A stretch of 64,000 nucleotides of DNA from Methanotrichaceae archaeon (GTDB lineage Archaea; Halobacteriota; Methanosarcinia; Methanotrichales; Methanotrichaceae), in assembly GCA_963748825.1 (NCBI GenBank), contig CAVVKN010000010.1, positions 140,760-204,759 on the forward strand, in the 5' to 3' direction. A program made the translations under genes and the position numbers. Of this stretch, positions 1-10,115 are shown piece by piece (within the stretch, counting starts at the first letter, position 1; the number at the start of each line of letters is the position of its first letter). A model generated the notes under the pieces. That model was not told the DNA's origin and did no database searches. It saw nothing but the letters and a program-made list of their open reading frames with translations.

Positions 1-173
1 AATTAAGAATCCTGCTGCTTCCAATGCCTATGGCCACCAGCTCAAAGCTCACATCAGGCTCGGGAACGCTCTGGATAACGTTGGTGCGGTAGGCATCCCA
101 CTTTGCTTCTTGTTGGCTATGAAGGCGATCAGATCTCTTTCTTCACCCAGCCTTCATCCCTGCCAGCCCACCC

Positions 174-1049
174 TCACTCGGGCTCTGTTTCCTTCAGTTC
201 CTCCTTCATACGGCAACTGTGCATCTTTTCTTCTCCGTGCGCCTGCAAGGCCACCCTCTCCTCCACCTGGAAGGCAGATAGGCGCTCCATGAGCAGCTCG
301 TAGTTCACCAGGTGCCCGTCAAACTCAGGTCCATCCACGCAGGCCAGCTTCGTCTCTCCTCCCACCTCCACTCTGCAACTGCCGCACATGCCCGTGCCGT
401 CGATCATGATGGGGTTTAAGCTGACGATGGTCTTGATCTGGAGGGGCCGGGTGATATCGCTGACCAGTTTCATCATGGGCACGGGCCCGATGGCCACCAC
501 TAGTCCGGGCGTCTCTCTTTGCAGGGCCTCCACTAAAAGCTCTGTCACCAGTGCTTTGCGCCCCAATGAACCGTCATCCGTGCAGATCAAGAGCTCATCA
601 GAGACGGCTGCCATCTCCTCCTGAAGGATGACCAGCTCCTTTGTGCGTGCCCCGATGATGCTCACCACCCGGTTTCCCAGGCTCTTCAGCTTCTTGGCAA
701 TGGGATAGAGGACAGCCAGGCCTGTTCCCCCGCCAACGCAGATGGCTGTGCCCGCAAATCCCGCCTCTGTGGGCCGGCCCAGGGGTCCTGCCACATTCAG
801 GTAATAGTCGCCCACCTGCAGGGTTTTGAATAGGGCCGTGGACCGGCCCACCACATGGAAAATGATGGTTATGGTCCCTTTCTCAGCATTTATGTCGGCC
901 ATGGTCATGGGGACGCGCTCGCCCATCTCATTGGCCCTGAGAATCACGAACTGCCCTGGCTCTGCGATGCGGGCGATCTTGGGCGCCACAATCTCATTGA
1001 GAATGATCTCTCCGCCGGCCATCTCCTTGCGCCTGACTATCCTGTACAT
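174..1049 (-). CDS. Ferredoxin-NADP+ reductase-like FAD/NAD-binding subunit (NfnA/SudB family)
   Basis: PGQFVILR, ERVPMT, GPLG, GGGTGLA and TDDGS motifs plus the [2Fe-2S] motif DGTGMCGSCRV...CVDGPEFD; likely start MYRIVR at 1049. Confidence 0.85.
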   Translation of the reverse strand: MYRIVRRKEMAGGEIILNEIVAPKIARIAEPGQFVILRANEMGERVPMTMADINAEKGTITIIFHVVGRSTALFKTLQVGDYYLNVAGPLGRPTEAGFAGTAICVGGGTGLAVLYPIAKKLKSLGNRVVSIIGARTKELVILQEEMAAVSDELLICTDDGSLGRKALVTELLVEALQRETPGLVVAIGPVPMMKLVSDITRPLQIKTIVSLNPIMIDGTGMCGSCRVEVGGETKLACVDGPEFDGHLVNYELLMERLSAFQVEERVALQAHGEEKMHSCRMKEELKETEPE

Positions 1050-1179
1050 GCGAGCCTCAGCGAGCGGTATGCGGTTCAAATAAAAAAAACTATCGAGAAA
1101 AATTATCTTTGGCGAGATTCTTCCATGCATGATATTATTTATTTAATTTTTCCTTCATGCTAGTGAATAAATGCGCATC

Positions 1180-1343
1180 TCGTGTACATCTTGAAGGGCG
1201 ATAAGAAAATAATCTTTCTGGTAAGGTCGCTTTTGAGAAGCTAAATGATGAGTCTATTTGTATCTTACTATCTTCATCCTGTGATCAAGATCAACATCTT
1301 CCTGCGTAAGTTCGCTATCCTTGAGAAGATCATCGGAGAGCAT
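1180..1343 (-). pseudogene. Decayed antitoxin / PIN-domain toxin pair remnant
   Basis: Manual translation of the minus strand gives ..LLKDSELTQEDVDLDHR then MKIV/DTNRLII*LLKSDLTRKIIFLSPFKMYT, resembling the N-terminus of PIN toxins, with a frameshift and a stop. Confidence 0.5.
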
Positions 1344-1458
1344 TAAAATAAATGGGTCATTTTCTTAGATATTTTTTATATGATTCTCCTCCCCCATCTG
1401 CCCGTTCAGCTTGTAGACCAGAGGATCTATGTGCCTTTCTGGTTGCATCGTTCTCTTA

Positions 1459-1725
1459 TCATCCCTCTTTCTCATCCTCCGCTGTGTGCGCGTTAGGCAA
1501 GAAATCTTGCTCTTTGTTGTTTCCTCTAATATTCTCCACATCGTATCCGGTTTCTTTCGAAACCTCTGATTCCAGAACCCATATAATTTGCTCTGGCTCA
1601 TACGTATCTCCTGTGGAATAACACCTTACCATCGGAGCGCCGATAAATTCTATCCTTAATTTGCACAGCGGGCAAATCGCTACTACAACTTCCCCCTTTT
1701 CATTCTTCTTTTTGGTATCAAACAA
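1459..1725 (-). CDS. Small hypothetical protein with CPLC motif (low-GC patch)
   Basis: 88-aa ORF with TTG start preceded by GGAGA; no family recognised. Confidence 0.35.
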   Translation of the reverse strand: MFDTKKKNEKGEVVVAICPLCKLRIEFIGAPMVRCYSTGDTYEPEQIIWVLESEVSKETGYDVENIRGNNKEQDFLPNAHTAEDEKEG

Positions 1726-2125
1726 GGATTTTCATCTCCTCAAAGCATTATTACTGCGGTCGAACATTATATAATCACATTCACAGCCATCTTCATCCCA
1801 ATAAACATTCGGTCAGGCTACCTAGAGTTAGTATTGGCTCATTCTATCAAAGCGTTTAATGTTCCGGATAAAAATAAGCCACTTTTGGACGTAAAGAGAT
1901 CATTCTCAAAGGAAATTGCATCCAACAAAACTTGACCAGCGATCTCGATAACTCTTCTTACTCCGTAGTCTTTCTCCAGTACTCGCGAATCTATCTTCTG
2001 ATGCATCTTTGTCCAATCAATCCCTGCAAATGCACGTTGCCTTGCTCCACCAAGGAATAGAACCGGACTTGTTAGGCTCTATCAATCGATCACGCTCGAC
2101 TGTATAAAAAATATCGAAAAAAATG

Positions 2126-2764
2126 TCACTGAGCCTTCAAGAACTCCTTTTGAGCGGCATCGGCTTCGGCACGAGTCTGATCGGCTTCTTTGAAGGTACC
2201 AATCATCTGATCATGGTATTCTTGGGCCATTTCCGCGAACTTGATTACCTGATCATGAAAACTTGATGCCTGATCTCTCAAGAATTGCGCTTCATCGAGA
2301 AGCTTCCTCAGCTCTTCGTTCTTCTCAAGCTTCTCTTCTCTTCCTTTAAACTCTGCATGCAGGGCAGCGATCTTATCCACCAGTTGCTTCTCTTTATCCG
2401 GGCTTAAAACCTCCGTCTGTTGCCGAAACTCCAGGTGGTCCATCTCGGCGCGCAGATCTCTAATGGAGCGCTCACCTGTGAAGTCGTATTTCTTCCGGAT
2501 ATCGTCTATTCTTGCATAGAGCTGGTTGGTCTTCTCGTTGGACTCATCCCGCTTCTTCTTGGACTGTGCCACATTCTTGTTACTCTCGTCCCGCAGCTTC
2601 TTGAACTCCTGGGCCTTGTCAATCAGCTCTTCAGTGGCCCTATTGAGCTCATTTCGCTTGGCGGCCCATTTGCTCGCCTCAGCATTTAATTGACTGCGTC
2701 TATCCTTGACGGCAAGGGACTCTTGCCTGAGTTTGCCTCCCTTATCTTCCAGTTCTGCCAGCAT
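2126..2764 (-). pseudogene. Archaeal coiled-coil protein (COG1340-like), apparently 3'-truncated
   Basis: GGAGG RBS before MLAELEDK; heptad-rich with LEFRQQTEVLSPDKEKQLV motif; stops abruptly at KEFLKAQ where low-GC DNA begins. Confidence 0.6.
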
Positions 2765-3065
2765 ATATCCTCCAGTTCCAGCCCGCGACTGGGTTTGGTC
2801 CCACTCCAGAATCAAAAAACCCGGGAACACTTCGCTGGGTGGCGAAGCCCTTCCTTTTTGCACAATACATTGCGAGGTTTTTTGTATGCTCGTTTTTCGG
2901 CTCTTGTGATCAACATCGATCTTGATATATAATTACTAATATCCTTTAATTCTAGGCTTAAATAGCTTGATTCGGTGGCAATTGTTATAGCCAAAAGATG
3001 ATTTTCTCATAAGATCGATAGGAGCGAGCATACTACTACATATCCTTTTTACGTATTAACCTTTT

Positions 3066-3225
3066 TCCCGGCTTCTTACTATGGACTTGAACCGAGAGTA
3101 GCCATTCTTTCGAGCACCTTCGCGAACTCTTCTAAAGAAGTTATTAAAGGATTTCTGAAGCCTCCTCAAGACATCCTGTTCGACCTGAGAATGAACTGCA
3201 TTGAGGTAAGGATTTAGCTGTTTCT
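3066..3225 (-). mobile_element. tnpB: IS200/IS605 TnpB internal fragment (frameshifted remnant)
   Basis: Manual translation NPYLNAVHSQVEQDVLRRLQKSFNNFFR / RVREGARKNGYSRFKS matches the TnpB pattern HSQVxQDVLxRL..F..FFRR...GYPRFK. Confidence 0.75.
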
Positions 3226-3326
3226 ACCCCGTACCCCAAAAAGATAAATAGAATACGAACCGGCCTCTGGAAAACAGGCTAATTCGCATTCGTTAGTCAA
3301 ATCAAAATGGAATAAGAGGATAGACA

Positions 3327-3986
3327 ATGAAAAACGCTACATTATTTCTGATCTGCATGACATTCCTGGCGACCATTGTCGCTCTAGCTTCTTTTGCATC
3401 AGCCCAATGTGCATCCTGCGTGAAAGAAGGCGACTGGAGCCAGAGTGCCAGCAACTTTATTGAGGGCACGCCCACAAGCGACGAGGCCGTCGAGTTCGGG
3501 CCAAAGGCAGTGAGGAAGACCGCCTCTCAATTCGATAAGACCAAAGCTGAAGAAGAGACTGCACAGAGCAACACAAATCCTGCTGCAAGCTCTGCTACCA
3601 GCTCTGCGGCGCAGTCTCCGACAGCTGAATTGATTCTGAAAAGCATCAATGCCACGCCGGCTTTGGTAAACTCTACAAGCGCAGTAAAGATTACAGCCGT
3701 CTTTGCCTTGAACGGTTCTGAGCAGGCAGAAAATCCGACGGAAATACAGCTCACGGCCACGGCTTCCATCAAAGACTCGACAGGCATTGAGGTAGAAAAG
3801 CTCAGCCTGATCAAAAAATCTGGAAATGAGTACTCAAAAGACTGGAACGCCAGTGTCCCGGCGGGCATCTACAGTGTGGATATTGCCGCCTCATCTCTGC
3901 AGGGAGCAGGAAACTTCAATGACGCCCTGCAAATTGAGGTAGTCAGCACCGGAAATGCTACCATCGACGCAGCTACTGCAGCGTAA
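3327..3986 (+). CDS. Secreted/surface hypothetical protein
   Basis: N-terminal signal peptide, CASC motif, Ser/Ala/Thr linker, C-terminal Ig-like beta domain. Confidence 0.7.
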   Translation: MKNATLFLICMTFLATIVALASFASAQCASCVKEGDWSQSASNFIEGTPTSDEAVEFGPKAVRKTASQFDKTKAEEETAQSNTNPAASSATSSAAQSPTAELILKSINATPALVNSTSAVKITAVFALNGSEQAENPTEIQLTATASIKDSTGIEVEKLSLIKKSGNEYSKDWNASVPAGIYSVDIAASSLQGAGNFNDALQIEVVSTGNATIDAATAA

Positions 3987-4114
3987 TATCTGGGATGAGA
4001 ATGGCTTTTGCCCAGAGCGTCTAAACAAGCATTGAAGAAGTCGATAGACAAGCTACAAGCTGGCGAAAAAGCCAGCTCTATTCTTTAATCCATAGAAATC
4101 GCGAAGGACGAATA

Positions 4115-4186
4115 TGGACTTGACGGGATTCGAACCCGTGGCCTCCGCCTTGCGAAGGCGGCGATCTACCACTGATCTACAAGCCC
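4115..4186 (-). tRNA. tRNA-Ala (CGC)
   Basis: Reverse complement GGGCTTGTAGATCAGTGGTAGATCGCCGCCTTCGCAAGGCGGAGGCCACGGGTTCGAATCCCGTCAAGTCCA folds as a cloverleaf; anticodon CGC; G3:U70 Ala identity pair. Confidence 0.97.
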
Positions 4187-4204
4187 AATTGTAAAGAGAG
4201 TGGT

Positions 4205-4474
4205 TTAGAGGAGTCCGACCTCTTCCACCTCTGCCGATTCTACGCCGGGTAACTTGCGAACTGCTTCCTCAATCTCATCCGGGCTTCTGCCTCCCTTATC
4301 GTCCATTATTGTTACAACGATTAAGGCCTTCAAACCAAAGGCTATAGGCATCTCCTGGATGGCATGCAGCCTGGCAAAGGATGGCACTACCTTCTTGATC
4401 TCCTCGGCGAGCTCTTTCAGATCCACATCCATGCTCACCGGCATAACCTTCATTCTTACAGCAGCATCTCCCAT
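4205..4474 (-). CDS. ef1b: Translation elongation factor aEF-1beta
   Basis: 89 aa with KVMP and PIAFGLKAL motifs. Confidence 0.95.
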   Translation of the reverse strand: MGDAAVRMKVMPVSMDVDLKELAEEIKKVVPSFARLHAIQEMPIAFGLKALIVVTIMDDKGGRSPDEIEEAVRKLPGVESAEVEEVGLL

Positions 4475-4484
4475 CTATTACACC

Positions 4485-4655
4485 TCACGGTCCTGAGAAG
4501 CCACAGGCTTTGCAAGAATAAACGTTGCTCTGCTTTTTACATTTGTTACATCTGGCAATCACGGTTCCGCAGCTGGGGCAGGGGAACCTCGTCCCGCCCA
4601 CGCCGGTCAGCGTGATGCCACATGATATGCATTTCTCTGGTATTTCTTCCTTCAT
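4485..4655 (-). CDS. Small Zn-ribbon protein (DUF1610/HVO_2753 family)
   Basis: 56-aa ORF missing from the supplied track: [13 protein letters not shown]...FPCPSCG...[22 protein letters not shown]; four CxxC; usual position upstream of ef1b. Confidence 0.9.
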   Translation of the reverse strand: MKEEIPEKCISCGITLTGVGGTRFPCPSCGTVIARCNKCKKQSNVYSCKACGFSGP

Positions 4656-4737
4656 GTTATCTCCTCCCTGATTGATGTATTTCTCTGTATAAACCTTCCC
4701 ATAGATAGACGGAATTCAGGACGAATTTTGTTTCTTG

Positions 4738-5370
4738 TTAGCCCTTGATAATCGTGCCGCCTTCTCCGCTCTTCAAGGCTTTGGTGAATTGCTGCGCATC
4801 AGTGCCATTGAGTACCCAGATGCTGCTTCCTTTAAGAGGGCCACAGAGAAGTTTAATTGTGCCCTGATCGATGCAGCTAACGCGACCCAGCATACGGTTT
4901 GCCGGCACCTCTAAAACTACTTTTCCATCCAGCATCACGCCATCCACATCAGTAGCCTTGATGAGAGGGGCGGATAGCTGCGCCGCTACCAGGGCCGCCA
5001 CCGAATCGGAAGTATAGTCCCAGTTATGCAGGAGACCGCGATCGTCCTCAATGAGGGCCTGGTAAGGCAATAGAACCTGCACGCTGCAATCACTTTCAGA
5101 GCGGCGAATATCCCTGGTGAGAGCAGCCCCGCTTCCGTCCGCCAGAAAATAGGCATACTGCTCCATGGCTAAAATGGCCATCCAGTGCGCGGCCTCCTGG
5201 CTGAGATCGCCGCGAGAATAGATCTCTCGCACCAGATCGGCCATGGGACCGCCGCCCGGCACCACCAGGAAGCTGTAGCCCTCCTCCACGAGAGCCAGGA
5301 GAGCACGCATGAGCGGTCGAGCCCAAGTCATGAGGCTCCCTCCCATCTTCAGCACATAAAATGGCATCAA
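4738..5370 (-). CDS. mfnE: Amino-acid-kinase family protein, MfnE-like (methanofuran biosynthesis)
   Basis: KMGGSL, VPGGGPMAD, AHWMAILAM, WDYTSDS and TDVDG motifs. Confidence 0.75.
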   Translation of the reverse strand: MMPFYVLKMGGSLMTWARPLMRALLALVEEGYSFLVVPGGGPMADLVREIYSRGDLSQEAAHWMAILAMEQYAYFLADGSGAALTRDIRRSESDCSVQVLLPYQALIEDDRGLLHNWDYTSDSVAALVAAQLSAPLIKATDVDGVMLDGKVVLEVPANRMLGRVSCIDQGTIKLLCGPLKGSSIWVLNGTDAQQFTKALKSGEGGTIIKG

Positions 5371-5592
5371 TAATAGTAATCGCGCCTCCTATTAGAGCTT
5401 CGTCATTGGACCAAATATGAGGCAAGCAAGGGCAAAATATTTTTTGCAGATTCGTCTATGGCAAAAAGGATAGCTAAAGGCCGATTGGATGTAGGGTAGG
5501 GAGGGATCTGTGAATAATCGACCTTTGCCGTAAAAACATCCGTCTTCGGTCGTAGATAAGCCTTTTGCTTGTGACGATGGAAATTTAGCACA

Positions 5593-6036
5593 ATGAACGA
5601 GACGAAAAAGATTGTGACTCCTCTTCTGGCAGTGGACGCCGCCATACTCCTTGCTGGTGGAATTGTGCTCATCAAGAGAGATAACCCTCCCTTTGCAGGC
5701 AGCTATGCCCTGCCCGGCGGCTTTGTAGAGGTAGGCGAGACGGTTGAGGCTGCTGCGGTAAGAGAAGCCCGCGAGGAGACGGGCCTGATCATAGAACTGC
5801 TGGGGCTGGTGGGCATCTACTCAAATCCCGCCCGCGATCCCCGGGGACACGTCGTCTCCGCCGCCTTTCTCGCCAGAGGCAGGGGCGAGCTAATGGCCGG
5901 TTCTGACGCCAGATCGGCCCAAGTCTTTCCTCTGCAAAGCCTGCCGCCCCTGGCTTTCGACCATGATAAAATCATAAGCGATGCTCTTTCTCTGGCAAAA
6001 AGCCAGTCCATTTTAATGGCGGAACGATCAAATTAA
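5593..6036 (+). CDS. NUDIX hydrolase
   Basis: Nudix box GGFVEVGETVEAAAVREAREETG; RDPRGH; LAFDH. Confidence 0.92.
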   Translation: MNETKKIVTPLLAVDAAILLAGGIVLIKRDNPPFAGSYALPGGFVEVGETVEAAAVREAREETGLIIELLGLVGIYSNPARDPRGHVVSAAFLARGRGELMAGSDARSAQVFPLQSLPPLAFDHDKIISDALSLAKSQSILMAERSN

Positions 6037-6086
6037 AGTAGTGTGATCGAAATTAGCACCTTTACCTGAACGGGAAGAGATGTGTC

Positions 6087-7766
6087 ATGGAAGAGATCAG
6101 AGAGCTCATAGAAAAATATGCGCTGCAAAATGCCGTGAAGTACAAAGCCGCACCCAATGCAGGGGCGGTAATGGGCAAGCTCCTGGGCGAGCACGCAAAG
6201 CTACGCGCCCGGGCCAAAGAGCTATCGCCTCTGGTAAAAGAGGTCCTGGCCGGCGTGGAGAAGACCAGCCTAGAAGATTGGCAAGCGAGGCTACAGGCCA
6301 TAGCCCCAGAGCTGCTGACAGAGCTCTCGGAAAAGAAGGAGCCCGACAAGGGCCTACCCGCTCTGGAGGGTGCGGAAAGGGGTGTTGTCATGCGCTTTGC
6401 ACCCAACCCCAATGGGCCGCCAACTCTGGGCAGTGCGCGGGGCATCATCGTCAACTCCGAGTATGTTAAAAAGTACGGCGGCAAGTTCATCATTCGCTTC
6501 GATGACACCGATCCTGTGAAGAAGCGGCCCATGCCCGAGGCCTACGGCTGGTATTTAGAAGACTGCGCATGGCTTGGCGCCTTGCCCGATCTGGTGATCA
6601 CGGCCAGCGAGCGCGTTGACCAGTACTATCCCATTGCCGAAGAGCTAATCCGCAGGGGCGGAGCCTATGTTTGCGGCTGTGCGCAGGCCGTCTTCAAGGA
6701 GCACAAGGACAAGGGTCTAGAGTGCGAGCATCGGGATCAGAGCGTGGAGAAGAACCTGGATCTTTGGAAGCAGATGCTCGACGGCCGGATGGCGGAAGGC
6801 GGAGCAGTTTTGCGGGTCAAGACAGATATGCACCACAAGGACCCGGCCATACGCGACTGGCCAGCTTTTCGCATCGTAACCGCCTCCCATCCGCTGGTAG
6901 GCACAAAGTATCGCGTCTGGCCGCTGCTCGATTTCGAGTCGGCGGTGGAGGACCACCTGCTCGGCACAACGCACATCATTCGAGGTAAGGATCTGACCGA
7001 TAGCGGAAGCCGGCAGAGATATCTCTACGAGCATTTGGGCTGGAAGTACCCCCAGGTCATTCACTGGGGCAGGATCAAGATTCATCAGTTCGGCTCTTTC
7101 AGCACCAGTAAACTGCGCAAAGCCATCGAGGCCGGCGAGTACACGGGCTGGGACGACCCGAGGGTACCGACGGTACGGGCCATGCGCTGCCGGGGCATCC
7201 GGCCTGAGGCACTGAGAAAGTTCATGATCGACCTGGGCGTGGGCGAGACCGATATTTCCATCAGCATGGACTCCATCTATGCTGAGAACAGGAAACTGAT
7301 TGATCCAGAGGCCAACCGTCGCTTCTTCGTCTGGGAGCCGGTGGCCCTGGAAATCGAGGGCGAGGTCCCTGCCTTAGCACACGCGCCTCTGCATCCCACA
7401 GCAGATCGAGGCTTTCGGGAGATTCCTGCCGGGAACAAGCTGTTCATCTGCAGGAGCGATCTGGAAGCCTTCCAGGTAGGGGATAATATCCGGCTCAAGG
7501 ATCTATGCAACGTAGAAATTACGAGCCTGGATCCAGCCAGGGCGCGCTTCCTGGGCAAGGATATGGGCAAGAGGACCAAGATCATTCAATGGGCGCCCGT
7601 GGACGGGCCGAAGGTGCGAGTGCTCAAGCCCGACGGAGTGGATGAAGGTGTGGGCGAAGCTGGCATTGCCGAGGAGCTGGGCAAGGTGGTGCAGTTCGAG
7701 CGTTACGGATTCGTGCGGGTCAATTCCGTGGGCGAGACGATAGTGGCGAACTTTGCCCACCGTTGA
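6087..7766 (+). CDS. gltX: Glutamate--tRNA ligase (archaeal)
   Basis: RFAPNPNGPPTLG, RFDDTDP, THIIRGKD, STSK and WDDPR motifs. Confidence 0.97.
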   Translation: MEEIRELIEKYALQNAVKYKAAPNAGAVMGKLLGEHAKLRARAKELSPLVKEVLAGVEKTSLEDWQARLQAIAPELLTELSEKKEPDKGLPALEGAERGVVMRFAPNPNGPPTLGSARGIIVNSEYVKKYGGKFIIRFDDTDPVKKRPMPEAYGWYLEDCAWLGALPDLVITASERVDQYYPIAEELIRRGGAYVCGCAQAVFKEHKDKGLECEHRDQSVEKNLDLWKQMLDGRMAEGGAVLRVKTDMHHKDPAIRDWPAFRIVTASHPLVGTKYRVWPLLDFESAVEDHLLGTTHIIRGKDLTDSGSRQRYLYEHLGWKYPQVIHWGRIKIHQFGSFSTSKLRKAIEAGEYTGWDDPRVPTVRAMRCRGIRPEALRKFMIDLGVGETDISISMDSIYAENRKLIDPEANRRFFVWEPVALEIEGEVPALAHAPLHPTADRGFREIPAGNKLFICRSDLEAFQVGDNIRLKDLCNVEITSLDPARARFLGKDMGKRTKIIQWAPVDGPKVRVLKPDGVDEGVGEAGIAEELGKVVQFERYGFVRVNSVGETIVANFAHR

Positions 7767-7783
7767 GTAATAAGATATCAAAC

Positions 7784-8605
7784 TCAGAAGAGATTGATTG
7801 GCAGCAGCGCCGCAGCCAGAAAAGCCACCAGTGCCACTGCCATTCCCTTTTTTAGCGCCTTCTGACAGCCCGTTGCGTCCCCGCGGACGATCTTCAGCAC
7901 GGAGAAGAGGAAGAACAGATCCGCTACCGCTACTATCGCCAAATACACCCTGCCAAAAGGCGCAAAGAATCCCAGCACCACTGCCGCCAGGGCAAAGGCC
8001 GCGGCCAGCGCCGCTGAGGCGCGCTCGCCTGCCAGGATAGGCAGCGTGCGCGCGCCGCCCGCCTTGTCTCCGGCCATGTCCTCTATGTCTTTGGCGATCT
8101 CCCGGCTCATGCTAACCAGAAAGGAGAGCAAAAAGGGAACCTTGTTAGCTAGAAGGCCCGCGCCTCCTGCCGCTGCGCCACCGAAGAGAAAGGTAGAGCC
8201 GGTGAGAAAGGCCACGCAGATGTTGCCAGCCAGCGGCGTGGCCTTAAGATTGCGAGCGTAAAGGAATAGAAGTGCAGAGTTGAAGGCGGCCACGGTCAGA
8301 CAGATCTGGTTCACAAGTCCCGCGAAAAGGCAGCCTGCCACAAAGAGGGCAAGAGAATAATTAAAAGCCGCCCGCGCGCTGATGCGACCGCTGGGAATCG
8401 GCCGCTTGGGTCTATTTATGGCATCGATCTCTCTATCATAGTAATCGTTGATGGCGTTTCCTGCACCTGTAATCAGGAAAACCGTAAGGAAAATTAGCGC
8501 TGTCGCCCCAGGTTCCAGGCCCCCGGCGATAGCGAGACCTATGATGGCTGCTGCTGCCGCCATCATGCAGTTGAACGGCCGCAAGATCTCCCAATATGCC
8601 TTCAA
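7784..8605 (-). CDS. Digeranylgeranylglyceryl phosphate synthase (UbiA family)
   Basis: NDYYDREIDAINRPKRPIPSG and REIAKDIEDMAGD motifs; multiple TM helices. Confidence 0.9.
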   Translation of the reverse strand: MKAYWEILRPFNCMMAAAAAIIGLAIAGGLEPGATALIFLTVFLITGAGNAINDYYDREIDAINRPKRPIPSGRISARAAFNYSLALFVAGCLFAGLVNQICLTVAAFNSALLFLYARNLKATPLAGNICVAFLTGSTFLFGGAAAGGAGLLANKVPFLLSFLVSMSREIAKDIEDMAGDKAGGARTLPILAGERASAALAAAFALAAVVLGFFAPFGRVYLAIVAVADLFFLFSVLKIVRGDATGCQKALKKGMAVALVAFLAAALLPINLF

Positions 8606-8625
8606 TCCATAAGCCCCTGCGGCCC

Positions 8626-8958
8626 CTAGCCAGAGATGCCGCGCACCAGATAGAGCAGATAGAACTCAGTTAAGTAGCTATCGATGTTGCAGCGAGCGGG
8701 TTTGTCAAAAGAGAGCTCCTGTACGGGCCGGGTGAGCTTTATCAGATATGTGCTGCTGGCGGGAACCTTCTCTCGGTAGATGAGACCAGAGCTTTGCATC
8801 TTGCACACTATCTTCGAACACTTGCTACTGTCGATGGACATGAGACGCCGCAGCTCCGACTGAAACAGGCCGTCTCCTCGTGAGCCGATAAGATCAAGTG
8901 CTCTCTCCTGCAGGGCGGAGAAGCTGTTTGCGGGGGAGTTCCCTGAATTTTTTTGCAT
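8626..8958 (-). CDS. Winged-helix DNA-binding protein
   Basis: GLFQSELRRLMSIDSSKCSKIV..M...GLIYRE wHTH pattern. Confidence 0.65.
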   Translation of the reverse strand: MQKNSGNSPANSFSALQERALDLIGSRGDGLFQSELRRLMSIDSSKCSKIVCKMQSSGLIYREKVPASSTYLIKLTRPVQELSFDKPARCNIDSYLTEFYLLYLVRGISG

Positions 8959-9291
8959 TTTAACCACTGGGCCGGTATTAAAACTTAATTTATTTTGATA
9001 TACAGTAATTGTGTTCTTTGAGTATAAATTCTTTTTGTCAAGATACACATTTTGCAGGAAAAATTTTAGAAAATACAAATAATAGTAAGATTGTGAGAGG
9101 ATAAATTTATATTTAAGTATTTCAAAGAAAGTATACGAATTTTTAAGGTACTTTTTATGGCCATTGGTTATTCTCCGTTATTTTTACGGCTGCAGAAGAA
9201 TTTGAAGATAAACTGGGTAACTCAAAGCCTCTGCAATGGTTTCATAAAGAATGCCTAAGTCCGGCAAAAAGCAGATGACAAATTATGGAAA

Positions 9292-10107
9292 TTAGTCCTT
9301 TTCCTGCAGTGGGAATTTGGCTCGAATCTCCCGGCTTCTTAGCACAGGCAGATCCAGCTCAGCCAAAATTCCCTCAATTCTCTTTCTCTCTTCCGAGCGG
9401 AGGGACTTTCTATCAAGATATGCATAGGTAGCTTTCGATTTGTGGCATGCCTCCTCCACTACATCCCGATTTACTCCCGCCATCTGGTAATTGGAGAAGA
9501 GATGCCCAAAGGCCACAGCCGCCTTGAACATGAGATCCGTCTGCCTGGCCACATAGTGCCCACCGCCAAAGCCCAGGAATACGGGAAGTTCCTTTATCTC
9601 CAGGGCTAAAATCGCCCTGGCTACCGCCTCCCCTGCCTGCTTATCCTGCCATTCTTTCAGAGTGCTTCCGATCTCGGCAAAGAAGCAGGGTGTCTTCAAA
9701 TCCACCGGCCCGTGATGAGTGGCCTCGGCAGATACCGCGAAGCCGGGAAGAGCTTGGCTGGCAATGTTATGCAAAAATGAGCGTAGGCCGCAGGGCGCAG
9801 CCGCAGAAAGCTTACTCTGGCCGTCTTCCAGTATGCCTGTGAAGTGCCCTCCCAGCCATGGCAAACCGGCTTTCGCCTCATGCCGGCTGGCAAAGACTAC
9901 CATCTCCGGCTTCAGGCCTAAGCCAGCCAGCCGATCATCCAGGCCGCTTAGCCGCGTCTGCTTTTCATCATGAATTATCAGTCGAAAGCGACCACTAGAC
10001 CTGTAGCCTTCCAGGCACTGCCAGGACAATAGCTCCAGTAGACGCTCATAAATATTGAGGCTTGCCGGATCTGCCCGAGAGCAGACTACGGCAATCTCGC
10101 CCGACAA
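9292..10107 (-). CDS. dtdA: D-aminoacyl-tRNA deacylase (archaeal DTD2)
   Basis: DPAS.NI, FASRH, HFTG, EATHHGP, EIGS and GFGGGHY motifs. Confidence 0.9.
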   Translation of the reverse strand: MSGEIAVVCSRADPASLNIYERLLELLSWQCLEGYRSSGRFRLIIHDEKQTRLSGLDDRLAGLGLKPEMVVFASRHEAKAGLPWLGGHFTGILEDGQSKLSAAAPCGLRSFLHNIASQALPGFAVSAEATHHGPVDLKTPCFFAEIGSTLKEWQDKQAGEAVARAILALEIKELPVFLGFGGGHYVARQTDLMFKAAVAFGHLFSNYQMAGVNRDVVEEACHKSKATYAYLDRKSLRSEERKRIEGILAELDLPVLRSREIRAKFPLQEKD

Positions 10108-10115
10108 TGCAATCT

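Noticed and set aside
1-170. Expected NfnB/SudA partner downstream of the NfnA-like gene
   Set aside because: No start-bearing frame with recognisable motifs in the available 170 nt; cannot be called.
3080-3090. 11-nt match TATGGACTTGA to the tRNA-Ala 3' end (possible att site)
   Set aside because: Too short, and it falls inside the TnpB coding remnant (FKSI); likely chance.
3327-3986. CASC as a c-type heme motif
   Set aside because: No His follows CxxC (CASCV).
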